Of a stretch of 64,000 bases of DNA, positions 10,113-19,701 are shown piece after piece (positions within the stretch are counted from its first letter, which is position 1; every line of letters starts with the position of its first letter). Under the pieces are notes generated by a model that had not been told where the DNA came from, ran no database searches, and worked only from the letters and a program-made list of their open reading frames with translations. This DNA is from a virus: the IMG/VR virus record IMGVR_UViG_3300025131_009739, positions 101,873 through 165,872 of that record; one strand, given 5' to 3'. The translations under genes were made by a program, and so were the position numbers.

Positions 10113-10810
10113 TATCTTATCACCATTCTATTCATTCGGACTTCTTCTGCAATCATCCCTGAATCAAAAGATATGGTATGAACTATAAAATTAGCAACCT
10201 CTTTCGGATCTAGAAAAGTATTAAAGTCTTGCCTCTTATCGTGCCTGGCCATTTCTGTTTTTGTTGAGCCGGGAGAAAAACAAAACGCGCGCACATTATA
10301 TTCTTTCAATTCCTGGAATAAAGAACGAGTCAAACCCAAAAGTGCATGCTTTGTAGAACAATATATACCAGTTTCTCCGGAGCCATTATAAGCGGACGAA
10401 GAAGCAATATTAATTATGCGACCCCATTTTTGTTTTTTCATATTCTTGGCAAAATAATGAGAAAGAATAAATGGGACTCTGACGTTCAAGGAAAAGCTTT
10501 GATCGAAATCATCAATATCAGATTCCAATATTGATTTTATTTTAAAAACTCCGGCGCAATTCACCAATATATCAATATTTTTCATTTGGTTTGTCGACTG
10601 TTCTTTTACTTCTTCCAAAAATGAATCATAAGTTAAATCTCCTGCTAAAAAATATGAGTTGGTCTCCTTTGCTACGCTTTTTAACTTTTCTTCGTCTCGC
10701 CCAGTCAAAAATAATTTGCAGCCGGCGCTGTGTAGTGATATTGCGATCTCTTTTCCAATACCGCCTGTTGCTCCAGTAACTAAAGCAACTTTGCCATTTA
10801 AGCAGTTCAT
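10112..10810 (-). CDS. SDR oxidoreductase
   Basis: TGATGGIG, NCAG, YCSTK. Confidence 0.9.
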   Translation of the reverse strand: MNCLNGKVALVTGATGGIGKEIAISLHSAGCKLFLTGRDEEKLKSVAKETNSYFLAGDLTYDSFLEEVKEQSTNQMKNIDILVNCAGVFKIKSILESDIDDFDQSFSLNVRVPFILSHYFAKNMKKQKWGRIINIASSSAYNGSGETGIYCSTKHALLGLTRSLFQELKEYNVRAFCFSPGSTKTEMARHDKRQDFNTFLDPKEVANFIVHTISFDSGMIAEEVRMNRMVIR

Positions 10811-11649
10811 TATAAAGTGTCCACTTTCCTAAGTTTTTTAGCGATGGCCTTCTCGCTATCATATACAAATTTTTCATTACTTCCCAAAGACTTTTCAATG
10901 TCCCTGATATATTTAACAAGTTTGCTTAAGCCTCCAAGCTCCAAAGAGGCTGACTGATCCGAACCATACATAGCGCGATCCAAAGTAATGTGTCTTTCAA
11001 TTGAAGTAGCTCCGAGAGCAGCTGCTGCGCAGCTGACAATAACCCCCGATTCATGGCCACTATAACCAACATCGCATTGAAAGGTGTCTTTCAAAGTTTT
11101 CATTACTCTTAGATTGGCATTTTCAATTTGCATAGGATATGTGCTGTTGCAGTGCATCAATTCATAAGGACAATCTGCATCTTCAAATATTTGTATTGCC
11201 TTTCCAATTTCTTCCATAGTGCTCATTCCGGTAGATATAAAAGTATACTTACCTTCTTCAGCAATCATTTCTAACAGCTGACGATGTGTTAACATAGCAG
11301 ATGCTACTTTATTATATTTTAAATCATATTGACGCAAAAATAGTTGACTTTCTACGTCCCACGCTGACGCTAGCCATCTAATACCTTTCTTTTTACAGTG
11401 CGCGTCAATTACATCATATTCTTTCTTGGAGAACTCTAATCCTTGTTTTTGTTGTCTGTTAGTAGTCCCCCATGGACTTTCTCGAGGACGATCCAAGTCT
11501 TCTACAGAATATACTAAATCAAGAGTCCGTTTCTGAAACTTGACCGCATCGCAGCCTGCTCGATAGGCGCCGTTAATTAATTTTTTAACTAATTTTAAGT
11601 CTCCATTGTGGTTAATACCAATTTCAGCAATCACAAAAGTTTTATTCAC
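10810..11649 (-). CDS. neuB: N-acetylneuraminate (nonulosonate) synthase family, short form without SAF domain
   Basis: IAEIGINHNGD, VKFQKR, HCNSTYP, GYSGHE, IERHITLDR. Confidence 0.9.
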   Translation of the reverse strand: MNKTFVIAEIGINHNGDLKLVKKLINGAYRAGCDAVKFQKRTLDLVYSVEDLDRPRESPWGTTNRQQKQGLEFSKKEYDVIDAHCKKKGIRWLASAWDVESQLFLRQYDLKYNKVASAMLTHRQLLEMIAEEGKYTFISTGMSTMEEIGKAIQIFEDADCPYELMHCNSTYPMQIENANLRVMKTLKDTFQCDVGYSGHESGVIVSCAAAALGATSIERHITLDRAMYGSDQSASLELGGLSKLVKYIRDIEKSLGSNEKFVYDSEKAIAKKLRKVDTL

Positions 11650-12371
11650 TTGTCTCTCCTTTGGTTTAAGTGTTTTAAAAGAATATTATCTTTATCTATG
11701 GCATATTTTAACATATCAAAGTGTGCTTGTAAATCAATATCAATAATTTCATCACAAATATAAGCATATATTTTATTACCAAAAGTATGGTCTGCTCTTA
11801 CGCGATCTTGTTTAATGATGTCTATATGGCCATTAGCTTCATAAGTTTGCGGAAAAACTTGTCTTGGCAAATTATTGTAGTTTTTAATGCCGTTATAATC
11901 ATCAAAAAAATCTTCGCAATAATTATTTTTGATTTTAAACAATTTATATGGAGTACTGCTTGTTTTATTAACTGTTCTTAAAGATGACAGTTCGTTTTTG
12001 TTTTCAAAATAAATTTTAATGGCATCCTCCATAATGAATAAAGAACGTAAAGGAGTAGTTGGCCTCATCAACGCTACTTCATTTACATCAATGTTGTCAA
12101 AAAAATGATTTAAAAATTCCTTGTCAGGAGATAAATCTCCAGCAAATTCTTTTGGCCTCATAAACGGCACTTCTGCTCCGTATTTCTTAGCAATTTCTGC
12201 TATTTCTTCACTATCCGTACTAACAATTGTTCGACTAACGCCTTTGCACATATTACAGGCTGCTATAGAATAAGCTATAAGAGGGTGACCTCTTACTGTT
12301 TTTATATTTTTTCTAGGGACTGTTTTACTCCCTCCTCGAGCGGGTATTAAGGCTACAATTTTATTAGACAT
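11646..12371 (-). CDS. neuA: Acylneuraminate cytidylyltransferase
   Basis: IPARGGSK, VSTD, EVPFMRP, PTTPLR, PRQ; likely start MSNKIV at 12371. Confidence 0.9.
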   Translation of the reverse strand: MSNKIVALIPARGGSKTVPRKNIKTVRGHPLIAYSIAACNMCKGVSRTIVSTDSEEIAEIAKKYGAEVPFMRPKEFAGDLSPDKEFLNHFFDNIDVNEVALMRPTTPLRSLFIMEDAIKIYFENKNELSSLRTVNKTSSTPYKLFKIKNNYCEDFFDDYNGIKNYNNLPRQVFPQTYEANGHIDIIKQDRVRADHTFGNKIYAYICDEIIDIDLQAHFDMLKYAIDKDNILLKHLNQRRDK

Positions 12372-13269
12372 AAAGCTCACCCTTGTCGAAAATTCCATAC
12401 CATGAATCTTGTTTTAAATTAATAATTTGTATACCACGGGCTTGCGCGCTCTCGTTTAAAACTTTTAAGTCATTTTTTAAATTAAAATCTAATTTTTGCC
12501 AATCATTATTATCTGGGATAAACACATTTGGGTTCGCAAATCCCAATCCATAATCTAAATCTAGCCCAGATACATAAATCGGATTAAACCCCATAATTAT
12601 AGCAATTGCCACCATATGAACTGCAACGGTGTCACCTGTGCTGTAGTGTTCCGAATATCCAGATACTTCTTGAAGTTTTTCTTGTAACGTGGGCACACCA
12701 GGAACAATCCATTTGCAACATTTTCCTCCCCCAGTGGGCCCGAAAGGAAGCCCTCCAGAAAAGCCACCTCCTTGTCGGGGCGGCCGCCACATTGAAAAAT
12801 TATTTCCATAATCAGTAAATTTGAAATTATGATTTTCTTTATAATAACGTTGAAAATTCTTTAATATGTCTAAACATTTATGATTTTTAAAATGACGTTG
12901 ATCGTACATCAAATAATCAAGTTCTAAATTTTTAGCTAAAAAATCTCTATCTGAAAAATCCACTGAGCCGGCAAAAAGAACTTTTGAATTTTTATGCTCA
13001 TTTATATTAACAGAATGGTTTCTAATTCTCCACATGCCAGTTTTATTAATACAATCTTGAATGTTCAATTCGCCATTGGCAATAACCCAATATTCCGGGG
13101 CACTATCAAAATAATCAAACCAATTGTTACAATCAATTCTAATAATCTTTTTTTGTTTTTCCAAGTCTGCAATTTGCTCTCTATGATTGTTGAGACTTGG
13201 CCCATGCATAGTTACAACGCAAGGAAAATTTTCATGCTTATCTATTATTTGTTCAAATTCTATTTGCAT
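12364..13269 (-). CDS. DUF115/Maf-like putative nonulosonate transferase
   Basis: HGPSL...CNN...TVA...AIIMGFNPIYVSGLD pattern of the DUF115/sialyltransferase-like fold; adjacent to neuA. Confidence 0.55.
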   Translation of the reverse strand: MQIEFEQIIDKHENFPCVVTMHGPSLNNHREQIADLEKQKKIIRIDCNNWFDYFDSAPEYWVIANGELNIQDCINKTGMWRIRNHSVNINEHKNSKVLFAGSVDFSDRDFLAKNLELDYLMYDQRHFKNHKCLDILKNFQRYYKENHNFKFTDYGNNFSMWRPPRQGGGFSGGLPFGPTGGGKCCKWIVPGVPTLQEKLQEVSGYSEHYSTGDTVAVHMVAIAIIMGFNPIYVSGLDLDYGLGFANPNVFIPDNNDWQKLDFNLKNDLKVLNESAQARGIQIINLKQDSWYGIFDKGELYV

Positions 13270-13271
13270 AA

Positions 13272-14237
13272 CTACCAGACAAAATTATCTTTATAATGTT
13301 GTACGATCTCTGGCAATTCTGAATCAAAATTATGCTCTGGTTCCCAACCAATATTTTGTAATTTAGAATCATCCACCGAATACCTTAAATCTTGACCATC
13401 TCTATTACAGCTAAAATCTATATAATCATCATAATTTATTTCTTTTTTATTAAAATGTAAATCTAATATCTTTTTTACAGTATCGATATTTCTCTGTTCA
13501 TAGTTACCTGCTATATTATAAATCTCATTAACCTTTCCTGATTCTATAATTTTTATTACCGCAGTGGCTGTATCCTTGGCGTGCAACCACGTTCGAACTG
13601 GTGTGCCGTCATTATGCAAGGGAATTTTTCTTCCTAATGATAAAAATTTGCAAGTTTTTGGTATTAATTTCTCCACATATTGCCCAATCCCATAATTATT
13701 AGTCGGTCTAACAATAACATATGGAACTTCATAAGTCCTGTTCCAAGCTAATATTAACTGATCTGCTGCTGCCTTTGTAGCCGAATAAGGATTGCTTGGC
13801 TTTAACAGGTCTGCTTCTTTATGTTTTCCATCAACAATATCACCATATACTTCATCTGTGCTAAAGTGAAGAAAAATAGGCATTTTAAAATGTTTCTTTG
13901 TTTTAATTAATTCTAATAAATTATGAACCCCATTGATATTAGAATGAACAAATTCTCCACTTTGAACAATAGAATTGTCAACGTGAGTTTCTGCGGCTGT
14001 ATTGATTACATAATCGCAATCGTATAGCCAATTTAAATCATTAATATCCTTTCGTTCAAAAGCAAAATTCTTATATCTTTTAAACTCTCGCAATAAACTT
14101 TCATTCGACGCATATGTTAATTTGTCAACACCTCTAACATACCACCCTTTTTTTAAACATGCTCTCACAACATAAGAACCCATAAACCCTAAACACCCTG
14201 TTATATAAACAATTTTCATTTTAGACTCCTTTTTCAA
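13272..14237 (-). CDS. NDP-glucose 4,6-dehydratase (RmlB-like)
   Basis: TGCLGFMG, DKLTYA, AAETHVDNS, STDEVYG, PYSATK, NNYG. Confidence 0.9.
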   Translation of the reverse strand: MKKESKMKIVYITGCLGFMGSYVVRACLKKGWYVRGVDKLTYASNESLLREFKRYKNFAFERKDINDLNWLYDCDYVINTAAETHVDNSIVQSGEFVHSNINGVHNLLELIKTKKHFKMPIFLHFSTDEVYGDIVDGKHKEADLLKPSNPYSATKAAADQLILAWNRTYEVPYVIVRPTNNYGIGQYVEKLIPKTCKFLSLGRKIPLHNDGTPVRTWLHAKDTATAVIKIIESGKVNEIYNIAGNYEQRNIDTVKKILDLHFNKKEINYDDYIDFSCNRDGQDLRYSVDDSKLQNIGWEPEHNFDSELPEIVQHYKDNFVW

Positions 14238-15567
14238 TAAAAAAACTATTCACAATTTTTCGAATATATTTTAATTTTTCTTTTGTTAGGCCGGCGTATG
14301 TCCCTAGAAAAAAAGAATTGGTCGCAGCCTTGTGTGCCACAGGAAATATTTCCTTTAAATCACCATATTGTTCTGCAATATCTGAATAAGCAGGATGATA
14401 CAATAAGTTGCCTGAGAAATAATTTCTAGTCTGAATTTTGGCATCTTCTAAGTATTCCACAAAATCTGCTCTACTAAAAGAGGAGCTTTCTTTAATGGTT
14501 AGCAAAAAAGCAAACCATGATGGATTGGATTTTTCCGTTGCTTTTGGAAGATGAAAATATTTTTTATACGGTTTAAAAACATCTAAAAGATAATTGAAGT
14601 TTCTTACACGAGAAGAATGAAAGCTTTCTACTTTTTTAAGCTGCTCTAATCCAATCGCAGCCTGCATTTCTATTGGCTTAAGATTAAATCCTATTTCACT
14701 GTATACATATCGATGATCATAAATTATATCTTTATTTTGAGGAAGCCATTTTCTGAATCTATTCCCGCATGCAGTTCCACCAGTGACATCTCCTGGCTTT
14801 TTTGTGTTACAATAACAAGCCCTTCCCCAATCACGCAAACTTAACAAAACTTTATAATTTCTTACTTTGTTTGTCGCTACAAAGCCACCTTCTCCTAATG
14901 TCATATGATGGGCTGGATAAAAGGAACAAGACGACATATCACCAAAAGATCCTAATTTTTTACCATCATAAGTTGAGCCTAAAGCATCGCATGCGTCCTC
15001 TAATAGAACCAAGTCATACCTTTTAACCAACTCCATTACTTTGTCCATATTTGGGGGGTTTCCGAGCGCGTGAGCGAACATTATAGCCCTGATCTCTTTG
15101 TCTGTATCTTCTTCTAGCACTCTTTCAACTTGTTCCAAATCTAAATTTAAATCAGGCAAAGTTGAATCAACAAAAACCGGGATGAATCCGGATTGGAGTA
15201 TGGGATTAACTGTCGTTGGAAAACATACAATTGGAGTAATAATCTTTGTTCCGACAGGGAAATTGTAAAGATTTTTAGACTTGAGAGCCGAGACCATCAA
15301 TAAGTTAGCTGAGCTTCCGGAATTAGTTAAAATTCCATTGTTCATTCCTAAATGAGGCGCAAACTCCTCCTCAAATTGTCGACTCTTTTTTCCAAACACT
15401 AACCAACCATCGACCAAAGATTTAATAGCAGCAAGATATTCATCTTTTGAAAATACATCCCCTGAGTAGGAAACCCAATCTTCTCCTGGCGTCCACTTCA
15501 TCTCTTGCCTCTTTTTATTTTCTATATATTCGGAAAGAGGCTCTAATATCTGTTCTAACTCACTCAT
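14221..15567 (-). CDS. rfbH: CDP-4-keto-6-deoxyglucose 3-dehydrase (RfbH/DdhC, E1)
   Basis: NSGSSANL, EDACDALGS, SFYPAHHMTLGEGG (His in place of the PLP Lys), RDWGRACYC...TAC Fe-S ligands, YDHRYVY. Confidence 0.9.
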   Translation of the reverse strand: MSELEQILEPLSEYIENKKRQEMKWTPGEDWVSYSGDVFSKDEYLAAIKSLVDGWLVFGKKSRQFEEEFAPHLGMNNGILTNSGSSANLLMVSALKSKNLYNFPVGTKIITPIVCFPTTVNPILQSGFIPVFVDSTLPDLNLDLEQVERVLEEDTDKEIRAIMFAHALGNPPNMDKVMELVKRYDLVLLEDACDALGSTYDGKKLGSFGDMSSCSFYPAHHMTLGEGGFVATNKVRNYKVLLSLRDWGRACYCNTKKPGDVTGGTACGNRFRKWLPQNKDIIYDHRYVYSEIGFNLKPIEMQAAIGLEQLKKVESFHSSRVRNFNYLLDVFKPYKKYFHLPKATEKSNPSWFAFLLTIKESSSFSRADFVEYLEDAKIQTRNYFSGNLLYHPAYSDIAEQYGDLKEIFPVAHKAATNSFFLGTYAGLTKEKLKYIRKIVNSFFIEKGV

Positions 15568-16558
15568 CCTTCAAATAATCCCATTCATATGTTTTCCTAT
15601 AAGAAGACCATGGTATATTTGTTTCTTTGTATTCATTTTGGAGGATTTTAATAACTGAAGATGTATAACCTTCGTGAGGATAAAATCCCCACTTTTCATG
15701 AAATTTGTCATGCGAATGTTTTTCAAATCTTAGATCAAAATCTGTATCTCTTTTATGTCTCTTGTTTGGGTGTGTAATAAAGATATCAGGAATCCAAATA
15801 TTAATCAAGTTGTTTTTTAAAGACTCTAATGCCCAATCTTCGTTAAGTAGCATCGTATATGGCCCAAAATCAGCAGCAGGGCCTATCAATTGTAAAGCTT
15901 TAGAGCTAACCAAATTAAAATCTAGAGGTCCGTGACATTTAACTGTTCTTTTTGGAAGATCTAAAAGGTGCTTATTATCATCAGTTAGTTTTTGCCCTAG
16001 TTCAAAATTATGACATTCAAATCTAAAACGGTCTTCTCTGTCAGTATGAAATCCGGAAGTAGTGGTATCTGATCTGGGGCCATCTGAAATATCCCAGCTA
16101 CGATCATTGGTACAAACAATCCAACCAATTTCATCTTCATATCCTTCGATCTCTTTGACTGCTCTATTATAAAAGTTATCAGTGTTGAGAACAACGTCGT
16201 CATGTGTTACTAAAAAATATTTTGTATCATCTTTATATTTTTCAACAAAATAATTAAAGTCTTTATACCATGGACCTCGAGTGTGCACAACCTCTAATAA
16301 AGAATTCTTTTTGACAACTTTACTTAAGACTTTATTCTCGAAAATTTCTCTTACAAAGCGCTTTGTTATTGGCACCTGTTTATGAACCTTGCCACTTTTA
16401 AACTCATAGGAAACAAGATTATCAAGATCGTCGACAACGATATAAAATTTATAATTGCATTCACCAATATTTTTCGAAATTGTATAAATTGCTTCAAGCA
16501 AATTTTCCTTAGCAACAACAGGTCCAACACTCGCAATAAAAACTAAAACATCAAACAT
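15560..16558 (-). CDS. Putative GT-A glycosyltransferase
   Basis: LVTHDD DxD-like motif, late ED motif, sugar-cluster context. Confidence 0.55.
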   Translation of the reverse strand: MFDVLVFIASVGPVVAKENLLEAIYTISKNIGECNYKFYIVVDDLDNLVSYEFKSGKVHKQVPITKRFVREIFENKVLSKVVKKNSLLEVVHTRGPWYKDFNYFVEKYKDDTKYFLVTHDDVVLNTDNFYNRAVKEIEGYEDEIGWIVCTNDRSWDISDGPRSDTTTSGFHTDREDRFRFECHNFELGQKLTDDNKHLLDLPKRTVKCHGPLDFNLVSSKALQLIGPAADFGPYTMLLNEDWALESLKNNLINIWIPDIFITHPNKRHKRDTDFDLRFEKHSHDKFHEKWGFYPHEGYTSSVIKILQNEYKETNIPWSSYRKTYEWDYLKDE

Positions 16559-17546
16559 CTATCTTCTCATCATTGTTTATTTTTAACATCCAATGATCCA
16601 CCATTTCATCCAGCATACTTTCAAAAGTATATTTTGGAACCCACCCAATAACTTTTCTTATTCTTGAAGAATCTCCTCTTAAATATTTTAGCTCTTCCGG
16701 TCTCATATATTTAGGATTCTGAACAACATAATCTTTGTAATCCATTCCCAAACGAGTGAAAACATGCTCACACAGTTCACGAATTGAGTGCGTTTTTCCT
16801 GTTGCAACTATCCACTCTTCTGGAGTTTCATGATTTAAAATCATGTGCATCGCTCGAACATAATCTTTTGAATGTCCCCAATCTCTATAAGATTCTAAAT
16901 TTCCAAGTTCTAGTTTTTCTCTTAGACCTTTTTTAATCTCTACAGCCGTTTTTACAACTTTATTTGTTACAAAATTAGACCCTCTTCTAGGAGACTCATG
17001 ATTAAACAGAATTCCATTGCATGCATGTAAATTATAGGCATTTCTGTAGTGCCTGACCAAATTAAATGCTAATAATTTGGCACAACCATATGGGCTAACC
17101 GGTAGCATAGTGGTTGTCAATTTTTGTAAACCATCTTCTTCTACTGAATTACCAAACATTTCTGATGAACTGGCCTGATAAAATTTTGCCTCTGGTACAA
17201 TTGTTCTATATGCTTCAAGCAAGTTCAAGACAGCTAAAGCGTTTGTTTGTATTGTAAAAGAAGGCATATCAAAACTAATTCTAACATGGCTCATTGCAGC
17301 TAAATTATATATCTCATCTGGTTGGACCTGTGTAATAATTCTTGTTAAAGATGAAACATCTAACATATCACCATAAAAAGTTTCAATAAGCCCATGTAAA
17401 TGTTTTATTCTACTATCTTGATTTTCAGATACTGAACTTCTTCTCACAATGCCATATACTTCATATCCCTGTTCTAACAAATATTCTGCTAAATAACTTC
17501 CATCTTGTCCGGAGATTCCAGTAATAAGCGCTCGTTTTTTAGTCAT
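16551..17546 (-). CDS. gmd: GDP-mannose 4,6-dehydratase
   Basis: TGISGQDGSYL, SHV, QASSSEMFG, GILFNHESPRRG, RDWGH. Confidence 0.95.
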   Translation of the reverse strand: MTKKRALITGISGQDGSYLAEYLLEQGYEVYGIVRRSSVSENQDSRIKHLHGLIETFYGDMLDVSSLTRIITQVQPDEIYNLAAMSHVRISFDMPSFTIQTNALAVLNLLEAYRTIVPEAKFYQASSSEMFGNSVEEDGLQKLTTTMLPVSPYGCAKLLAFNLVRHYRNAYNLHACNGILFNHESPRRGSNFVTNKVVKTAVEIKKGLREKLELGNLESYRDWGHSKDYVRAMHMILNHETPEEWIVATGKTHSIRELCEHVFTRLGMDYKDYVVQNPKYMRPEELKYLRGDSSRIRKVIGWVPKYTFESMLDEMVDHWMLKINNDEKIDV

Positions 17547-17606
17547 TCTTCACCTCATACACAATGATAACATCAGCTTCGCTTTTTGTTAAACAATTAA
17601 CTACTT

Positions 17607-17975
17607 TTAAGATGGGCAGCCAGCTGTAACGCAGCCACCTGGTGGAGGACTCGGACTGTCTTTTTCTGCTTTGAAAGAAGTCCCGCAGGCGCAACTTTTA
17701 ACTGCTTTAGAATTATCAAATTTAAAGCCAGATTGATGCAAAGACTCAACATAATCTACTACTGTTTCTCTTAATTGAAAGCTGCTATAAGGATTTAAAT
17801 AAATTTTAACCTTCCCCAAGTTAACTATAATATCATCAGGCTTAGAGCTTTCATCTACTTCAATGGTATAAGAAAGCCCCGAACAACCACCGCCGACGAC
17901 GCCTACTCTAACGATGTCTTCAGAATCTAAAGCAGATTCTAGCTTTTTGATCGCAGCGGCTGTAAAAGTGATCAC
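17607..17975 (-). CDS. iscA: Fe-S cluster assembly accessory protein (IscA/HesB)
   Basis: GGGCSGLSY, GFKF, SCACGTSF. Confidence 0.9.
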   Translation of the reverse strand: MITFTAAAIKKLESALDSEDIVRVGVVGGGCSGLSYTIEVDESSKPDDIIVNLGKVKIYLNPYSSFQLRETVVDYVESLHQSGFKFDNSKAVKSCACGTSFKAEKDSPSPPPGGCVTAGCPS

Positions 17976-17978
17976 CTT

Positions 17979-19310
17979 CTATGCACTCCTAATTGAATCT
18001 TCGATGACATTGAATTTTTTGAGATCTTTGCCTTTAATTGTAATCAAAGGAGCGCTTTCCCATGTTGGGTTTGATTTTCCGCAACCGCTGCCTGCTTTAA
18101 CGTCTCCCATATTGCTCTTATCAATAAAGTCATCTTCTGTAAGAATACTGTCATATCTTACTGGAACTTCTGAGTCGCCATAAGTTTTTGAAATAACATT
18201 TTGAATAAAACCCTTATCAACGCCACAAATGCATGGCATATTTTTCCTAGGATCAAACCACTTAATGTTCAGTCCTCTATTAATGATACCTTCTAGTGGT
18301 TCTTCAAAAAAGTTTCCAAGAGATACATGTTGATAAGGACATGGCATAACATCGCCATATCTAGAAATTGGAACCATTCTTTTTACAGCAATACACCCGA
18401 TATCTCTTCCGTAAGATGGTGTCATGTGTGTGAAAATATCATACTCTTCTTCAAACTTTTGTAGAATAGCTCCTTCCTTCTCTGTCATCATTTGCTCTGT
18501 TTGATTTTCAAAGGCGCCAACTGGTTTTGCATAAACAACATAAGTACCAACTTTCTTCTCCTTTGCAAACTCTAGAAAATCAACCCATTCGTCTGTATAG
18601 ATTCTATCCTTCCAAATAACAGTTGAAAGAATAACGTGCAAATCGGCTTCTTTACAAGCATCGATTGCTCTCATAGTTCTATCAAATGATCCCGGCTTGC
18701 GCCTAAATGTATCATGAGCTTCGGCAGTAATACCATCCAAACTCAGCTGTACTTTATCAATGCCTATTTTCTTTAAGTGGCTAGCTTTTTTTACATCCAA
18801 ATTCCATCCATTGGAATCAATAACCAAATAAAATTTTTCTGGATTAATTGCTTCGACCAACTGATCAAAGTCTTTCATAATCAAAGGTTCGCCACCGGTG
18901 ATCACGAAGTTAGCCAAACCCATTTCATCCGCTTCTTTTGAGAGTCTTCTCACATCGTCCATCTCAAATTTTCGTCTGCCAGAAGCCTCTTCCCAGTCTC
19001 TAGGAACATAAAATTTATCAATGCAACAATGTTCGCAATCCATATTACACATATAATCATATTGAAATTGAATGATAGCAATGCTCTGCCCATTTGCAAT
19101 CTTTTCAGGATATTTCTTCATTTTTTCATATACATATGGTTTATAATTTTTTAACCAAACTTGACGCAAAGACTCATCTTTAACAGTTGTGTTTTGCATC
19201 ACTTTCCCTTCTGCCATTGCTTGCAGCTCTTCTTTAGAGTAAACTGGTGCCTGGTCATATTTATTTCCCTCTAATGGGGTTTGAAAAATTGTATCGTGTG
19301 AATTAGACAT
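17979..19310 (-). CDS. Radical SAM/SPASM protein
   Basis: CNMDCEHC, TGGEPL, LSLDG...HD.FR, C...GDVMPC. Confidence 0.9.
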   Translation of the reverse strand: MSNSHDTIFQTPLEGNKYDQAPVYSKEELQAMAEGKVMQNTTVKDESLRQVWLKNYKPYVYEKMKKYPEKIANGQSIAIIQFQYDYMCNMDCEHCCIDKFYVPRDWEEASGRRKFEMDDVRRLSKEADEMGLANFVITGGEPLIMKDFDQLVEAINPEKFYLVIDSNGWNLDVKKASHLKKIGIDKVQLSLDGITAEAHDTFRRKPGSFDRTMRAIDACKEADLHVILSTVIWKDRIYTDEWVDFLEFAKEKKVGTYVVYAKPVGAFENQTEQMMTEKEGAILQKFEEEYDIFTHMTPSYGRDIGCIAVKRMVPISRYGDVMPCPYQHVSLGNFFEEPLEGIINRGLNIKWFDPRKNMPCICGVDKGFIQNVISKTYGDSEVPVRYDSILTEDDFIDKSNMGDVKAGSGCGKSNPTWESAPLITIKGKDLKKFNVIEDSIRSA

Positions 19311-19313
19311 TTA

Positions 19314-19646
19314 TTATTTCCTTACTCCGCCGCGATATGAGTGGGTTGATAAGTCTGTTTCTTTGGAAGAATTTTCATTTTCTAAGACTTCAATCTTGCT
19401 TACAGGCACAAACCATATTTTTCCGCTTTCGTCTTTTACTCTGTATTGCGGGTTGATTCTTCCTCGAATATCATCTATAAAAACCTCACTTCCTTCAACT
19501 AAAGTTGTCGTTGTTCCATCTTTATTTGCGCTTGCAATGTCTTCAGAAATTACTCCGACGTGATTAATCACTCTCGACCATTTTTTACTATTTTCTTTAT
19601 GCCAAATTTCTCCTGTGACATTAGATATAAATTCTTTTTGTGCCAT
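19314..19646 (-). CDS. Hypothetical protein (SH3-like)
   Basis: 110 aa ORF with its own upstream motif and SD. Confidence 0.6.
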   Translation of the reverse strand: MAQKEFISNVTGEIWHKENSKKWSRVINHVGVISEDIASANKDGTTTTLVEGSEVFIDDIRGRINPQYRVKDESGKIWFVPVSKIEVLENENSSKETDLSTHSYRGGVRK

Positions 19647-19701
19647 CGGCCCTTCCTCTAGATAATTAGTTTGTCTTTAATATAACATATTTACTTTTTT
19701 T

